Shown here: piece after piece, positions 45,509 to 46,905 of the stretch | Numbering within the stretch: the first letter of the stretch is position 1 | Layout: every line of letters starts with the position of its first letter | Source of the DNA: Gemmatimonadota bacterium | Lineage (GTDB): Bacteria > Latescibacterota > UBA2968 > UBA8231 | Assembly (NCBI GenBank): GCA_038128265.1 | Contig: JAYPJE010000002.1 | Span: forward strand, 48,754 to 95,658 | Length of the DNA: 46,905 nt | Direction of reading: 5' to 3' | Position numbers and translations under genes: made by a program | The notes under the pieces: model-generated | Told to the model about the DNA's origin: nothing | Seen by the model: the letters and a program-made list of their open reading frames with translations, nothing else | The model's database searches: none

Positions 45509-46905
45509 GTGACGCATACCTGTTTGCTGGTCTCCGACTTTAATATCGCCCCACTAGGCGGCTATTTGCGCAACGACGCAGAGTGGCCCAACGTCGATGT
45601 GGTTGAAGCGCCGCACGGCATTGTCGAACCCGTTTTTCTATCGGAACACCCTGTGTGGCAGAGCGTGCCGGCCGACGCAGTGGCCCTGGTTTGGACGCGT
45701 CCGGAAGCCGCTGCGCCGTCTTTTGCCCAACTGCTGCGCGGCATCGCGTCGCCTGCCGAGGTGATAGAGGGCGAAGTGGATCGCTTTGTAGACCTGTTGC
45801 TAAGCGCTGGGCCGCGCCTGCGCGCCCTGCTGGTGCCGCTGTGGACCCTGCCGCCGTCGGCGCGCACTGCCGGCATCGGCGACTTCAAGGTGGGTGGACG
45901 CCAGTGGGCGCTGCAGCGGATGAATGCGCTTCTCGTGCAGCGTGCTGGCGAGAGCGCGCTGCTGCACGTGCTCGACGCGCCGGCGGTGCTAGCGGCCGCG
46001 CAGGGGCGCAGCCACGATGCCAAATTATGGCATATGGGCAAAGTTGCTTTTGCCAATCCTGCACTGCGCCAGATGGTCGGTGAAGTGAAGGCGGCTCTGC
46101 GCGCCGTGGAGGGCCGCGGCAAAAAGCTTGTTGTGGTGGATCTCGATGATACGCTGTGGGGAGGTAGCGTGGGCGAAGTCGGCTGGCAGCATCTCAAATT
46201 GGGCGGGCACGACTACGTCGGCGAAGCGCACGTCGAATTTCAGCGCGCGCTCAAGGCACTGGCCCAGCGCGGCGTGCTGCTGGCTATTGCTAGCCGCAAC
46301 GAAGAGGACGTGGCGCTACAGGCCATTGAATGCCATCCCGAGATGGTGCTCAGACGCGGCGATTTTGCGGCCTGGCGCATTGGTTGGGGGGATAAGGCCG
46401 CCAGCGTTGCCGCACTGGTCGAAGAGCTAAATATCGGGTTACAGGACGTGGTCTTTATCGACGACCATCCGGCCGAGCGCGCCCGCGTCCGCCAAGCGCT
46501 GCCCGAGGTGCTGGTGCCAGAGTGGCCGGCCGATCCAGCCTTCTACGCCGAGGCGCTTGCTGGTCTGCGCGCCTTTGATGCGGTGGGGGCGAGTCGCGAA
46601 GACCTCGAGCGCAGAAAGCTCTACGCCGACGAGGGCCGACGCCAACAGGCGCGCGACGCCGTTGCCTCGCTGGAGGATTGGTTGGCCGATCTCCAGCTGG
46701 AAGTGTGCGTTGCAGCGCTGGACGGGGCGAATCTCGGACGGGCGGTGCAGCTGCTGAACAAGACCAACCAGATGAATCTGCGCACGCGCAGGCTGGGTGC
46801 CGAGCAGCTGGCGGCGTGGACGCAAGAGGGAGCGTGCGAGCTGTGGACCTTTCGCGTGGCCGACCGCTTTGGCGATGCCGGGCTGTGTGGGTTGGTTGGG
46901 TTGGC
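45509..46905 (+). CDS. fkbH: FkbH-like HAD-IIIC glyceryl-ACP synthase (partial, runs off the window; not in the ORF track)
   Basis: Frame from GTG 45509 (MTHTCLLVSDFNI...) contains KKLVVVDLDDTLWGG, IASRNE, W-x-DK, VFIDDHPAER, QLLNKTNQMNL and RVADRFGD-x-GL. Confidence 0.93.
   Translation, partial: MTHTCLLVSDFNIAPLGGYLRNDAEWPNVDVVEAPHGIVEPVFLSEHPVWQSVPADAVALVWTRPEAAAPSFAQLLRGIASPAEVIEGEVDRFVDLLLSAGPRLRALLVPLWTLPPSARTAGIGDFKVGGRQWALQRMNALLVQRAGESALLHVLDAPAVLAAAQGRSHDAKLWHMGKVAFANPALRQMVGEVKAALRAVEGRGKKLVVVDLDDTLWGGSVGEVGWQHLKLGGHDYVGEAHVEFQRALKALAQRGVLLAIASRNEEDVALQAIECHPEMVLRRGDFAAWRIGWGDKAASVAALVEELNIGLQDVVFIDDHPAERARVRQALPEVLVPEWPADPAFYAEALAGLRAFDAVGASREDLERRKLYADEGRRQQARDAVASLEDWLADLQLEVCVAALDGANLGRAVQLLNKTNQMNLRTRRLGAEQLAAWTQEGACELWTFRVADRFGDAGLCGLVGL

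Noticed and set aside
45562..46825. Short ORF-track calls at the right edge
   Set aside because: They lie within the continuous + strand FkbH frame starting at 45509.
1..46905. rRNA, tRNA, CRISPR arrays, transposases, integrases, prophage or known anti-phage defence genes
   Set aside because: I recognised none. The intergenic gaps are short and show no repeat-spacer periodicity.

Overview
A GC-rich, densely coding bacterial chromosomal segment with about 42 credible CDSs. I recognised no rRNA, tRNA, CRISPR array, transposase or phage gene. Housekeeping and metabolic genes include glcB, nadC, aspC, folA, rpiA, lgt, a ThrC-like PLP enzyme and a TakP-type TRAP transporter. Several less ordinary units sit among them: (i) two tandem ABC exporter half-transporters, each with an N-terminal extension carrying a CxxC-x10-CxxC zinc-ribbon-like motif; (ii) a DUF3604 protein overlapping a GT3-like glycosyltransferase; (iii) a PKD-repeat/FGE-domain lipoprotein divergent from an unknown protein with an internal duplication and a DUF4384-like lipoprotein; (iv) an MCE (Mla/Pqi-type) operon with its own predicted outer-membrane beta-barrel, flanked by a lipid kinase, a fatty acyl-CoA reductase and lgt; (v) at the right edge, an AAC(3)-like acyltransferase, an ACP and FkbH, divergent from an (alpha/alpha)-barrel protein, which may be a glyceryl-ACP-dependent N-acylation system. 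FkbH is truncated by the window end and absent from the ORF track. All calls come from recognising motifs by eye; no searches were run. Many start codons were moved from the ORF-track positions.
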